Source of the DNA: Candidatus Poribacteria bacterium | GTDB taxonomy: Bacteria; Poribacteria; WGA-4E; UBA9662 | Assembly (NCBI GenBank): GCA_046582655.1 | Contig: JAYGDX010000073.1 | Span: forward strand, 1-64,000 | DNA: 64,000 nt | Direction of reading: 5' to 3' | Shown here: positions 1 to 9,818 of the stretch, in pieces | Numbering within the stretch: the first letter of the stretch is position 1 | How the letters are laid out: the number at the start of each line of letters is the position of its first letter | Notes under the pieces: model-generated | What the model saw: only the letters and a program-made list of their open reading frames with translations | What the model was told of the DNA's origin: nothing | Database searches by the model: none | Position numbers and translations under genes: made by a program

Positions 1-1
1 T

Positions 2-1342
2 TCAACTTCAAGACGAGTTGGGAGGCAATCCCGTAATCGGTCTCGTGACCGATTTGAAGACTTCTTCAGGTTCTTTCCTGAATTCCCAGAACGCCGCCAA
101 CCAAATGACCCCGAAGAGGACGAAGATAACCGGGACATGCCAAGTGGTCTTGGATCTGGTGTAATCGCAAGTTCGAGTGGCTATATTTTGACCAATAATC
201 ACGTCATTCAAGAAGCAGACGATATCAAGGTTACCCTATCAGACGGTCGGGAGTTCGATGCCGAAGTCGTTGGAACTGATTCAGGATCACAAGGAACGGA
301 TCTAGCAGTGCTAAAAATTAATGCTGACAAACTATCCAGTTTGGAGTTCGGTGATTCTGATCAACTTCAAGTTGGCGAATGGGTTGTTGCAATTGGCAGC
401 CCACTTGGTCTTGATCAAACAGTAACACGTGGGATTGTGAGTGCAAAAGGTCGGTCCACAGATGATATTCGTATTGCCAGTTACGCTGATTTTATCCAAA
501 CTGACGCGTCAATTAACCGTGGCAATAGTGGAGGTGCACTGATCAACATTCGTGGTCAGCTTGTTGGTATAAACACGGCTATTGCGACTGGTGGCGGATT
601 GTCGTATGGAAATATCGGTATTGGATTCGCTATTCCAAGCAAGCTGGTGCAAAGGGTGATGACCCAACTGATCGAAAAAGGGGAGGTTGAGCGTGGTTGG
701 CTAGGTGTGATGATTCAAGATGTTGATCACAACCTTTCGGAGAAACTTGAATTTGACAGCCCTCATGGTGCCTTGATCACAATGGTTGGCAAGAACTCTC
801 CTGCAGAGAAAGGTGGAATGAGACATGGTGATGTCGTACTAGAGTTTAATGGTGTCCAGATTCGAGATAGAGATCATCTCCGTTATGTAGTTGCCTCAAC
901 TGGTATTGATTCCACAGTACCTGTAAAAGTGATACGACAGGGTAAGAAAAGGAATCTGAAAATCAAGCTTGCCAAAAGAACAGAAGAGGCTATAGCAACT
1001 TTGAGTAATCGTGTGGCTCCACCTAGTGAAGACGCAGATCAAGAGGTCTTCTCCGGAATCCAAGTCCAAAACTTAACCTCCGAGATGGCAAAGCGCTACA
1101 ATCACCAAGACCAAAAAGGCGTGATTGTGATCAAAGTTAAGCAACGCACTGCGGCGGCGAGAGCTGGTATTCAGGAAGGAGACTTAATTCAGGAAATAGA
1201 TTGGGAAAAGGTGGAGAATCTGGACGACTACCGGAAACGATTAGATCAGCTCAAGGACGAATCTAAAGTGACACTCTACATTCGGCACGAGTCAGGCAAT
1301 CCTGAATTTATCACCATCAACGTTGAGCAGAACGAAGATTAA
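2..1342 (+). CDS. HtrA/DegP (Do family) serine protease with two PDZ domains; 5' end lies outside the window
   Basis: Catalytic motifs TNNHV, TDLAV and GNSGG, followed by two PDZ-like segments. The frame is open from base 2, upstream of the ORF-track start at 137. Confidence 0.93.
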   Translation, partial: STSRRVGRQSRNRSRDRFEDFFRFFPEFPERRQPNDPEEDEDNRDMPSGLGSGVIASSSGYILTNNHVIQEADDIKVTLSDGREFDAEVVGTDSGSQGTDLAVLKINADKLSSLEFGDSDQLQVGEWVVAIGSPLGLDQTVTRGIVSAKGRSTDDIRIASYADFIQTDASINRGNSGGALINIRGQLVGINTAIATGGGLSYGNIGIGFAIPSKLVQRVMTQLIEKGEVERGWLGVMIQDVDHNLSEKLEFDSPHGALITMVGKNSPAEKGGMRHGDVVLEFNGVQIRDRDHLRYVVASTGIDSTVPVKVIRQGKKRNLKIKLAKRTEEAIATLSNRVAPPSEDADQEVFSGIQVQNLTSEMAKRYNHQDQKGVIVIKVKQRTAAARAGIQEGDLIQEIDWEKVENLDDYRKRLDQLKDESKVTLYIRHESGNPEFITINVEQNED

Positions 1343-1427
1343 GCTGAGGCCAAACCGATCGTTCTTATTTCAGGCTTTCTGGTGTATTTCATTTGGTCAC
1401 TCGGTGTTGTTGAGTGAGATCTTTATT

Positions 1428-2612
1428 TCAGTCGACTATGGCTTGGTAGGTCAGCACTCGGAATTGTGAGAGAAATGGATGGTGGTTTCCCAGAAGTTGG
1501 GTCATCAAAATTGCAATTAACTCCTCTTTGGGATCGACCCAAAAAGTTGTGCTAGCTGCCCCGCCCCAGCGGTAGATCCCCTCCGAACCTAGAATTCCAG
1601 ATTGGGCCAGATCAGTAACCACGGAAAATCCAAGACCAAATCCAACACCGTGCTGACCAAACGGATGCATGTTTCCCGAGAGATGATCGCAAGTCATCAT
1701 TTCAATCGTTTTCCTGCTTAAAAGTCGTTCTCCATCAAGTTCTCCATTGCTCAACAACATTTGGCATAAACGCAGATAATCGGAAATAGTTGATAAAAGT
1801 CCTCCACCGCCAGAACATATTTTTCGAGACTTGGCTCTCGCGTCCAAGCGATCGATAATTGAGTTCGTTGCCACTTCGTATTTTCCATCTTCCGTGGCTC
1901 GATAGAGCGCGGCATACCGATCGGTTTTCTCAGGCCAGGCGTCAAACCCTGTGTCGACCATCTGGAGAGGATCAAAAATACGATCTTGCAAAAAACTATC
2001 GAATGGTTGGCCTGCAATCACTTCGACCAGGTAGCCAAGTACATCTGTCGAAAATCCGTAGTTCCATACTTCTCCGGGTTGGCACATCAACGGAATCTCT
2101 GCCAAGCGTTTCACCGCTTCTGCCAGTGATTCCACATTATATAGATCTGCCTTCTGATACATTTCTGCCACAGGGCCACCGCTGAAATCGTAGGTGAGTC
2201 CCGACGTATGCCGAAGTAAATCACGGACAGTCATTTCACGTTCTGCGGGAACTGTTTTTGCCTGACTGTCTTCCACACTATCCAGAACTTCCATGTCCTT
2301 AAATTCAGGGATAAAACGTGAGACGGGATCGTCCAATTGGAAGTGCCCTTCCTCGTAAAGCATCATGATTGCCACGCTGGTGATAGGTTTTGTCATTGAG
2401 TAAATCCGAAAGATGGTATTGAACTCCATCGGATGCACATCGTCTTTGCAACCAAATTTCTCAAGATGCGCTACATGACCACGACGATAGATCAATGTGA
2501 TGAAGCCTACTACTTTTTCGTCATCAATGTAACTTTGCATGACCGGACGAATTCGAGTTAGCCGATGTCTGGAAAGTCCAACGGTTTCGGGGGAGACTGT
2601 TTCTAATCGCAT
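1428..2612 (-). CDS. Serine hydrolase, beta-lactamase/class C-like family
   Basis: FRIYSMTKP (SxxK), LLRHTSGL, PGEVWNYG and WGGAAST motifs. Confidence 0.9.
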   Translation of the reverse strand: MRLETVSPETVGLSRHRLTRIRPVMQSYIDDEKVVGFITLIYRRGHVAHLEKFGCKDDVHPMEFNTIFRIYSMTKPITSVAIMMLYEEGHFQLDDPVSRFIPEFKDMEVLDSVEDSQAKTVPAEREMTVRDLLRHTSGLTYDFSGGPVAEMYQKADLYNVESLAEAVKRLAEIPLMCQPGEVWNYGFSTDVLGYLVEVIAGQPFDSFLQDRIFDPLQMVDTGFDAWPEKTDRYAALYRATEDGKYEVATNSIIDRLDARAKSRKICSGGGGLLSTISDYLRLCQMLLSNGELDGERLLSRKTIEMMTCDHLSGNMHPFGQHGVGFGLGFSVVTDLAQSGILGSEGIYRWGGAASTTFWVDPKEELIAILMTQLLGNHHPFLSQFRVLTYQAIVD

Positions 2613-2941
2613 TTTTTCCTAATCTTGTTATTTTGTTTGAATTAATGCAAGTATTATAGCAAAGACATGTCTTGATTGTTGCTTGGAGGAGAAAAAGTTG
2701 GGAATTCCAAAAGTGAAAATTGAAATTCTAACTGAGTCCCGCCATGATCATTACTAGTTGATGTTCCGAACGAGGTTTAATAAATTGATCTATAACAGAA
2801 TTAGATTTAATCACGCTCTTGTGTTATGCTTATGTGCCATATATTATCGCTGTATGTTGAACAAGGATAAGCCGCAAATTTGGATTCAACGGTTAGTGCT
2901 ACAGATTCAATCTTGAAGATGTTTTGATCAAATTCTGAGAA

Positions 2942-2969
2942 TTGACAAACAGTTCATTAGATTCATAAT
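2942..2969 (+). promoter_or_regulatory. Putative sigma70 promoter for the PhyH pair
   Basis: TTGACA-16 nt-CATAAT, about 110 nt upstream of the ATG at 3082. Confidence 0.5.
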
Positions 2970-3081
2970 CATTTGGCAATAGATGGTTAGGTTTTAGAGA
3001 GCACCTGAGACCGGGGTGGAAGAGGTTAGTTTTCAACTCTCAGCTTTGCCTAATACACCTTAGTTTCTGGAGAAGCTGGAA

Positions 3082-3906
3082 ATGACACTTGAACAAAGAT
3101 ATTTATTTGATATTACTGGTTATCTGCACCTAAAAAATGTTCTAACCGGTGAAATATTACGAACAGCCCAAGAAGCGGTTGACAGATATATCAACACCCC
3201 AATTGATCAAATGCCCGACGGCTTCGAATTTACGGGGTTGTACCAAAATGGTTTTGCTTTCGATAAGTGTTTGGAGGCTCTGACACTTCATCCTGTCACT
3301 TGGCCAATCATTAAAGAACTTTTGTCTGATAAGCCTCGTTTTGCCAAAGGCTCTTTAAAACATGATACACATGAAAATTGGAAGCAGGTTGAAAGAGCGA
3401 TTTCAAACCCTGGTGGTCTGCATTGTGCCCGTGATGACTATGGCTGGTATAGTACACGCTATGAGACGAAGGACGGTCGTATTTATTGTGATGATTTTGT
3501 AGCTTTTTTCTATTTTACTGATGTGTTTCCTAGTGACGGAGGATTGATCGTCATTCCAGGATCTCACAAAAGTGAATTTGAACGTCCAAGCAATCTCTTA
3601 ACATTTGATGAGGAAGACGGTATTGATCCGCAACCACATCCTGTGTTTACTAACATTACGCCAAGAGCGGGTGACGTGGTATTTATCTCCGAGCTCTTGA
3701 CGCACGGCGTTTTGCGGTGGAGGCCTACGGATCGTGACCGGCGACTTCTGGTTCTCCGCTATAAGCCGCAGTATATGGGCAAAAGTTCATTCTCATCGGC
3801 AATCTTGGATAGGTTATCCGCAGAAACGTTGGAACTAATCTCCTCCGTGCCGTACCACCACATCAAGGATATTGTCAAGCAAGATGTCGTTACTTTGACA
3901 GCGTAA
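3082..3906 (+). CDS. PhyH-family Fe(II)/2OG oxygenase with an H-C-A variant of the iron motif
   Basis: N-terminal FDITGYLHL, DGGLIVIPGSHKS, AGDVVFISELLTHG and DRR. The first iron motif reads LHCARDD. Confidence 0.85.
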   Translation: MTLEQRYLFDITGYLHLKNVLTGEILRTAQEAVDRYINTPIDQMPDGFEFTGLYQNGFAFDKCLEALTLHPVTWPIIKELLSDKPRFAKGSLKHDTHENWKQVERAISNPGGLHCARDDYGWYSTRYETKDGRIYCDDFVAFFYFTDVFPSDGGLIVIPGSHKSEFERPSNLLTFDEEDGIDPQPHPVFTNITPRAGDVVFISELLTHGVLRWRPTDRDRRLLVLRYKPQYMGKSSFSSAILDRLSAETLELISSVPYHHIKDIVKQDVVTLTA

Positions 3907-3941
3907 ATAAAACCCAAAACTGATTCAGTAAAAGGGAAAGA

Positions 3942-4727
3942 GTGACTCCCAAACAGCGGTACCTATTTGATCTCAACGGTTACTTACATATAAAAGGCGC
4001 ATTAAGTGATGAAGAACTAGGAAAGACGCAAGAAGCGGTCGAACGTTGTGTTCAGACTCCACCGGATGAGTTGTCGCATGGCCGGAATTTTGCTTTTGAT
4101 AAATCCTTAGAAGCTTTGACACTTCATCCCGTCACTTGGCCAATCGTTAAGGAACTGACCGGTAATAAACCTCGTTTCAATCGCGGTTCTCTAGTGGTTG
4201 AGACGCACGAGAAGCAGACGATGACACATTTTCACTGTGCTCGGGAGGACTGCGGTTGGCAAACGCGCCGTTATGAAGTCAGGAATGGACGGATCTTCTG
4301 CAATGACATTATTGCCTTTTTTTACTTTACCAATGTTTGTCCAGGTGATGGCGGTTTAATTGTTCTTCCTGGTTCACATAAAAGTGAGTTTCAACGACCA
4401 GAAGGATTGTTCTTGCCAGATTTAGAGGATCCGGATCCGGTACTACATCCAGCCATCAAAAATATTATACCTCGAGCAGGCGATGTCATTGTTCTCTCTG
4501 AACTGACAACTCACGGGGTTTTAATTTGGAAACCCAAAGACAGAGACCGGCGCTTTCTGATTCTGCGATACAAAACGCAGTATTTTCAGGATGAACAGGG
4601 AGAACGATATGTATATTCTAAAGAACTTATGGACAAATTATCCCCGGAAACGCAGGAATTAATGGCATATGGATCTTACTGGCATGATAAGGAAATTGTT
4701 AAACGTGACACTGTTGATCTAGGCTAG
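3942..4727 (+). CDS. PhyH-family Fe(II)/2OG oxygenase, tandem paralogue with H-C-A variant
   Basis: GTG start. Shares FAFDK.LEALTLHP.TWP, HCARE/D, PGSHKSEF and THGVL blocks with the upstream gene. Confidence 0.85.
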   Translation: MTPKQRYLFDLNGYLHIKGALSDEELGKTQEAVERCVQTPPDELSHGRNFAFDKSLEALTLHPVTWPIVKELTGNKPRFNRGSLVVETHEKQTMTHFHCAREDCGWQTRRYEVRNGRIFCNDIIAFFYFTNVCPGDGGLIVLPGSHKSEFQRPEGLFLPDLEDPDPVLHPAIKNIIPRAGDVIVLSELTTHGVLIWKPKDRDRRFLILRYKTQYFQDEQGERYVYSKELMDKLSPETQELMAYGSYWHDKEIVKRDTVDLG

Positions 4728-4797
4728 TGAACCTGGTGTTTGATGCGGATTTGAGATGGTCGATGATTGGTTGGGAATTGCAAAAAAAGGAGCGGAT

Positions 4798-6177
4798 ATG
4801 AAATTTGCGTCCAGTACAAAACACAGTTGGGGAAAAACAAGCGATTTGGCGTTTTGGTTCAGTCTGCCTGATATATGTCATGTCTTGGTTGAAAAAGTTA
4901 GTTTGTTATTAGTCATAAATTTTGTCTTGCAACTTCCTGTTGCTGCTGATGATTGGCCTCAGTGGCGGGGACTCAATCGTGATGGAAATTGGTTCGAGAC
5001 GGGTATTATTGAAGAATTTAACGAGTTCCAACCTGAAATTCAATGGCGCATACCCATTGGCAGTGGGTATAGCGGGCCGACTGTAGCTGGCGGGTATGTC
5101 TATCTGGCTGATAGAGTTGCTAGCCCGGTTCAAGTTGAGAGGGTGCACTGTTTTGATTCTAAGACAGGTGCTCTGATCTGGTCCTTTAAATATGAGTGTA
5201 TATACAAAAACGTCGATTATGTTGCTGGTCCGCGAGCTTCCGTCACCATCAATGATGGCTTGGCATACGCTCTTGGGACCATGGGGCATTTGCACTGTTT
5301 CAATGCCGTCACTGGCGAGGTTTTATGGAAAAAGAACCTTAATTACGATTACAACATTCGTATGCCTGTTTGGGGGATATCAGGTTCTCCTGTCATTGAG
5401 AAAGACTTGGTAATTGTCCAAATTGGTGGGACCCCTGAAGCCTGTATTGTCGGTCTTGATCGAAGAACAGGTGAGGAGCGCTGGACAGCATTAGCAGATC
5501 GTGCTTCATATTCCTCCCCTATTGTTATTGATCAGGCTGATAAGCGCGTGCTGGTGTGCTGGACGGGAGATAATGTTGTTGGGCTTAATCCGCAAGACGG
5601 CCAGCAATATTGGAAATACCCGTTTCCGCCAAGCCGGATGGTGATTGGGATAGCGACACCCGTGTTTTATAACCACCAGCTTCTAATTAGCGACTTTTTC
5701 GAAGGTACACTTTTACTCAACGTTGAGCCAGATCGCTTGGCAGTGCAGAAAATCTGGCACCGTAAGGGCGCGGATGAAATAAATACGGATTGCCTGCATT
5801 CCATCATTTCGACCCCTGTTTACATTGGAGATCATATTTATGGTGTAGATAGCTATGGTGAAGTTAGGTGTATTGAAGCCAGCAGTGGAGACCGCATTTG
5901 GGAAGATCTAACTATTGTACCTAAAGCACGATGGAGTACGGCTCATTTTGTCAAAAACAGAGATAAAGTCTGGATCTTTAACGAAAGAGGGGAATTGCTT
6001 CTGTGCACGCTATCACCTCAAGGAGCTGAAGTTATTGACCGAATGCAGCTTATCCAACCGACCAAGGATCAACTCAACCGTCGTGGCGGTGTCTGTTGGT
6101 CACATCCGGCTTTTGCTTATAAATGCGTGTTTGTCCGAAACGATCAAGAACTGCTATGTGCCAGCTTAGAAAAGTGA
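4798..6177 (+). CDS. PQQ-like beta-propeller repeat protein (BamB-like family)
   Basis: DDWPQWRG, GYSGPTV, repeated 'TGE..W' blades and WSHPAFA. Start placed at the ATG after AAGGAG; the true start could be later. Confidence 0.85.
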   Translation: MKFASSTKHSWGKTSDLAFWFSLPDICHVLVEKVSLLLVINFVLQLPVAADDWPQWRGLNRDGNWFETGIIEEFNEFQPEIQWRIPIGSGYSGPTVAGGYVYLADRVASPVQVERVHCFDSKTGALIWSFKYECIYKNVDYVAGPRASVTINDGLAYALGTMGHLHCFNAVTGEVLWKKNLNYDYNIRMPVWGISGSPVIEKDLVIVQIGGTPEACIVGLDRRTGEERWTALADRASYSSPIVIDQADKRVLVCWTGDNVVGLNPQDGQQYWKYPFPPSRMVIGIATPVFYNHQLLISDFFEGTLLLNVEPDRLAVQKIWHRKGADEINTDCLHSIISTPVYIGDHIYGVDSYGEVRCIEASSGDRIWEDLTIVPKARWSTAHFVKNRDKVWIFNERGELLLCTLSPQGAEVIDRMQLIQPTKDQLNRRGGVCWSHPAFAYKCVFVRNDQELLCASLEK

Positions 6178-6277
6178 TGCTCGTTTCACAGCAGCAGGTA
6201 ATTTTCCCTGAATTACCTAAAGATGTTCCCTTAGCTGATGGTACTTTTTACTAGAATTCCTGGTTTGTTAGAAAGTA

Positions 6278-7099
6278 ATGAATAATATTGTCCATGTTGT
6301 TTTACTCGGAATACTACAGGGATTAACTGAGTTTTTACCGATTAGTAGTTCCGGACATTTGGTGATTCTGCAACACTTTCTTGGTTTTAAAGACCCACAA
6401 GTTTTCTTTGACGTAAGTCTCCATCTTGGCACACTTGGAGCCGTAATTGTCGTTTATCGGCAAACACTCCGGAAACTTGTCAAGAGTGGGTCATCTGTCC
6501 TGATCAAACCAGACTTCTATTGCCGTCCTATTCGAACTGTTTCAGACACGCCTGATCTAAAACTTATTTGGTTTGTTCTGGTTGGATCTATCCCTACTGG
6601 ACTCATCGGCTTCCTTTTTCAAGATCAACTTGAATTGATGTTTAATAGGCTGGAGTTGGTTGCACTTATGTTGATTGTCACAGGGTTAGTCCTTCAACTG
6701 CCTAGACTGCGCAAACAAGATAACGACCAAGTTTTGAAAGCTTGGCACGCGCCGCTAATTGGTTTAGTTCAAGGAATGGCAATTATCCCCGGTATTTCGA
6801 GATCCGGATCGACAATCTCACTGGCACTATTACTTGGAACTTCACCCGAAACAGCTGCAAAGTATTCTTTTCTGCTTTCCATTCCCGCCATTCTTGGTGC
6901 CGTGGTCATGAAACTTAAAGATCTGACGGTTATATTGATATCCCCAACCAATCTGGCAGCCGGTGTGCTGACATCATTTATTGTTGGCTGGCTGGCACTC
7001 CGGTTTCTGCTGTCAATATTGAACCGTGGGAAACTGGCAGTATTTTCTTACTACTGCTTTTTTATTGGCTTGTTGACTTTTGTTTGGTTGCGAATTTGA
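6278..7099 (+). CDS. uppP: Undecaprenyl-diphosphate phosphatase
   Basis: QGLTEFLPISSSGHL and PGISRSGSTI signature motifs; polytopic membrane protein. Confidence 0.95.
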   Translation: MNNIVHVVLLGILQGLTEFLPISSSGHLVILQHFLGFKDPQVFFDVSLHLGTLGAVIVVYRQTLRKLVKSGSSVLIKPDFYCRPIRTVSDTPDLKLIWFVLVGSIPTGLIGFLFQDQLELMFNRLELVALMLIVTGLVLQLPRLRKQDNDQVLKAWHAPLIGLVQGMAIIPGISRSGSTISLALLLGTSPETAAKYSFLLSIPAILGAVVMKLKDLTVILISPTNLAAGVLTSFIVGWLALRFLLSILNRGKLAVFSYYCFFIGLLTFVWLRI

Positions 7100-7220
7100 T
7101 GCGTGTTCAATCAATCAGGTGAAGTTCCGGTGGACCCCGCACGGCCAGTTCAAGCAGAAACTAATGGCGAACTGACATATGTCCAGAACAAAAAAATGCT
7201 AATTCTAGGAGAATCGACAG

Positions 7221-7592
7221 ATGAAAAACGTTGCTATCTTAGGGGCTAGTGATAATCCCGACCGCTATGCTTATTTAGCCCAAGTGAAATTGCAAGAACA
7301 TGATTACCCTGTTTATCCTGTATCAAGGAGCGGAAAAGATATTTTGGGTGCCAGAGGATATACTCGTCTTAATCAGGTTGACGAAAAATTAGATACCGTA
7401 ACACTTTACTTGAACCCTATGCACTTAACCGATGTGCTGGACGATATACTTGAAAAGAAACCGAGACGCGTGATTTTCAATCCTGGCACAGAATCGGAAA
7501 CTCATATCAAAAAACTGGAACAGGCAGGTATTGCCGTGGAACGAGCGTGTACTCTGGTTTTATTATCCACTAACCAGTTTGAGTCAATGTAA
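7221..7592 (+). CDS. CoA-binding protein (YccU-like)
   Basis: VAILGASDNPDR, DTVTLY, RVIFNPG and ACTLV motifs; AGGAG ribosome-binding site. Confidence 0.9.
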   Translation: MKNVAILGASDNPDRYAYLAQVKLQEHDYPVYPVSRSGKDILGARGYTRLNQVDEKLDTVTLYLNPMHLTDVLDDILEKKPRRVIFNPGTESETHIKKLEQAGIAVERACTLVLLSTNQFESM

Positions 7593-7867
7593 AAAACACC
7601 GTATAAACCTTGAACCTTTTGACCAAGTAACAGACAATTAGTAAATACATGAATCGTTGAGTGAAAAAAAACAACACATAATTTGATAATAGTGTATACT
7701 TAATTGAAGTAGGGTGATTCGATATTATCGATGTCACCATGTCACAGAAGAAGAAAATCATCGCGAATTAAGTAGCGAGTTTTCCAAATTTTTTATCTGA
7801 ATTAGGAATTTGGAATATTATTTGCCAATGTTGTTGTAACAATAAATAAAGTAGGAGGTAACAACAG

Positions 7868-8671
7868 ATGAAAGTCAGGGTACCAAGAATAGCCTTGATA
7901 TGTGCCAGTCTAGTTTTTATGGGGCTGGTGCTGGTTGCTCCAAGTTTCGCAATTAATTACGAAGAGCATCTTGTTGGGCTATGGAAGTTTGACGAAGGTT
8001 CAGGGAATAAAATAAAGGATTCCTCTGGCAATGGCCTTGAAGGGGGAATCGAAGGCAGCGGTAAATGGGTAGATGGCAGGTTTGGTAAAGCCATAGAGTT
8101 TGATGGTAAAACTGGTTTCGTTGCCATTAAGGCACATGCAAACCCAACGAAGGCCATTACCGTTTCAATTTGGGCGAAAAGCAAAGTGAAAGCATGGAAT
8201 GAAAACGGATTTATCATGTCTAAGAGGAACGCCTATATTCTTCATAACAATGGAGGTGGTGTAAAGGTTTCTTTCCCCATTTGCAATGGTGGTTGTTGGA
8301 ACAAGCCTGGTGGTTGGCAAGACGGCGAAGTTGGCCCCGAAGACATTACCAAGTGGCATATGTATACAGGAACCTTCGATAGCACAACGGGAGATTGGCG
8401 GATTCTCATTGATGGCAAAGTTGCAAGCAAACTGCAACTTGACAAGAAACCGATTGCGGCAGAAAAAGATAAGCCTCTCTGGATAGGACGTGATAACTGT
8501 TGTGGTGCCAGATATGGGGATATTACCGTGGACGAGGCGATGGTCTTTGATGTAGCACTAAGTGAAGCTGATCTCAAACCCCTTGTGGATAAGGGAATTG
8601 ATGGGATTACTGCTGTAGAAATGGCTGACAAACTAACTACCAAATGGGTTAGCATTAAAATCCAATATTAG
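7868..8671 (+). CDS. Secreted LamG-like jelly-roll (concanavalin A-like) domain protein, copy 1
   Basis: Signal peptide; GLWKFDEGSG..KDSSGN, GKAIEFDG, W.MYTGTFD and VDEAMVFD motifs; C-terminal AVEMADKLTTKWVSIK. Confidence 0.88.
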   Translation: MKVRVPRIALICASLVFMGLVLVAPSFAINYEEHLVGLWKFDEGSGNKIKDSSGNGLEGGIEGSGKWVDGRFGKAIEFDGKTGFVAIKAHANPTKAITVSIWAKSKVKAWNENGFIMSKRNAYILHNNGGGVKVSFPICNGGCWNKPGGWQDGEVGPEDITKWHMYTGTFDSTTGDWRILIDGKVASKLQLDKKPIAAEKDKPLWIGRDNCCGARYGDITVDEAMVFDVALSEADLKPLVDKGIDGITAVEMADKLTTKWVSIKIQY

Positions 8672-8704
8672 GTCCTGAAGTTTCGTGCCTCTTTATCTGA
8701 AGAA

Positions 8705-8763
8705 CAAGCTGAGCCACTCTTCTATTGTGCTAATCTGCAAGGTAGGATGAGTGGCCTAGCTTG
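8705..8763 (+). terminator. Imperfect stem-loop between the two LamG genes
   Basis: caagct-gagccactc ... gagtggc-ct-agcttg inverted repeat. Confidence 0.45.
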
Positions 8764-8851
8764 CTTGTAAATATACAAACCTGAGTAGCGATTTGGAATA
8801 TTATTTGCCAATGCTGTTGTAACAATTAAAAAAATGGGGAGGTAGCAATAG

Positions 8852-9655
8852 ATGAAAGTTAGAGTATCGAGAATAGCCTTGATATGTATCGGTCTGATCT
8901 TTATGGGGCTGGTGCTTCCAAGTCAAAGTTTTGCATTCGATTATGAAAAGCATCTTGCTGGGTTATGGAAGTTTGATGAAGGTTCAGGAAAAAAAGCAAA
9001 AGACGACTCTGGTAATAAACTTACAGGGGAACTTGAAGGCGGCTGTAAATGGGTAGATGGCAAGTTTGGTAAAGCCATACAGTTTGATGGTAAAACTGGT
9101 TTTGTCAACATTAAGGCACATGCAAACCCAACGAAGGCCATTACTGTTTCAGCTTGGGTGAAAAGCGAAACTCCAGCATGGAATAACCATGGATTCATCA
9201 TGTCTAAGAGGAACGCCTATATTATTCATAATAACCAGGGTGGTGTAAATGTTTCTTTCCCCATTTGCAATGGCGGTTGTTGGAACAAGCCCGGTGGTTG
9301 GCAAGACGGTGAAGTTGGTCCCAAAGACATTACCAAGTGGCATATGTATACAGGAACCTTCGATAGCAAAACGGGAGATTGGCGGATTCTTATTGATGGC
9401 AAAGTTGAAAGTAAACTGCAACTTGACAAGACACCAATTGCGGCAGAAGAAGCTATGCCTCTCTGGATAGGACGTGATAACTGTTGCGGTGCCAGATATG
9501 GGGATATTACCGTGGACGAAGCGATGGTCTTCGATACAGTACTGGGTGAAGATGATCTTAAACCCCTCTATGAGGGCGGAATTGATTTAGCCTTGTCAGT
9601 GGACAGTATTGAAAAACTTGCTGTCACTTGGGGCGATGTTAAAACCCAGTACTAG
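8852..9655 (+). CDS. Secreted LamG-like jelly-roll domain protein, copy 2
   Basis: Same length (267 aa) as copy 1 and closely similar; C-terminal SVDSIEKLAVTWGDVK. Confidence 0.88.
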   Translation: MKVRVSRIALICIGLIFMGLVLPSQSFAFDYEKHLAGLWKFDEGSGKKAKDDSGNKLTGELEGGCKWVDGKFGKAIQFDGKTGFVNIKAHANPTKAITVSAWVKSETPAWNNHGFIMSKRNAYIIHNNQGGVNVSFPICNGGCWNKPGGWQDGEVGPKDITKWHMYTGTFDSKTGDWRILIDGKVESKLQLDKTPIAAEEAMPLWIGRDNCCGARYGDITVDEAMVFDTVLGEDDLKPLYEGGIDLALSVDSIEKLAVTWGDVKTQY

Positions 9656-9749
9656 ATTCTGATGTTCTACACTTGTATTCTCTGGAAACTAGAAGTGCTT
9701 ATGTGATCTAGTTTAAGCCTTGATTTTATGGAGCAAATTCTTCACTGAT

Positions 9750-9818
9750 AGCCTTGCCGACTAGCTTGGGAGGAAATGGGTTGATTTCCCGAAAGGATAG
9801 CTTGGACAAGGCTTTCTT
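9750..9818 (+). terminator. Possible terminator stem-loop after LamG copy 2
   Basis: agccttg ... caaggct followed by a T-rich tract; the loop is large and structured. Confidence 0.35.

Larger units (their letters stand above)
7808..9655 (+). repeat. Tandem duplication of about 984 bp (leader plus LamG gene)
   Basis: atttggaatattatttgccaatg(t/c)tgttgtaacaat occurs at 7808 and 8791. The CDS starts are exactly 984 bp apart, with long identical runs in the central coding region. Confidence 0.9.

Noticed and set aside
1428..2612. Antibiotic-resistance beta-lactamase
   Set aside because: No signal peptide; the motifs fit the broad cytoplasmic esterase/serine hydrolase family.
7957..9470. Duplicated antisense and alternative-frame ORFs within the LamG genes
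   Set aside because: They recur only because the host gene is duplicated; they show no independent coding signal.
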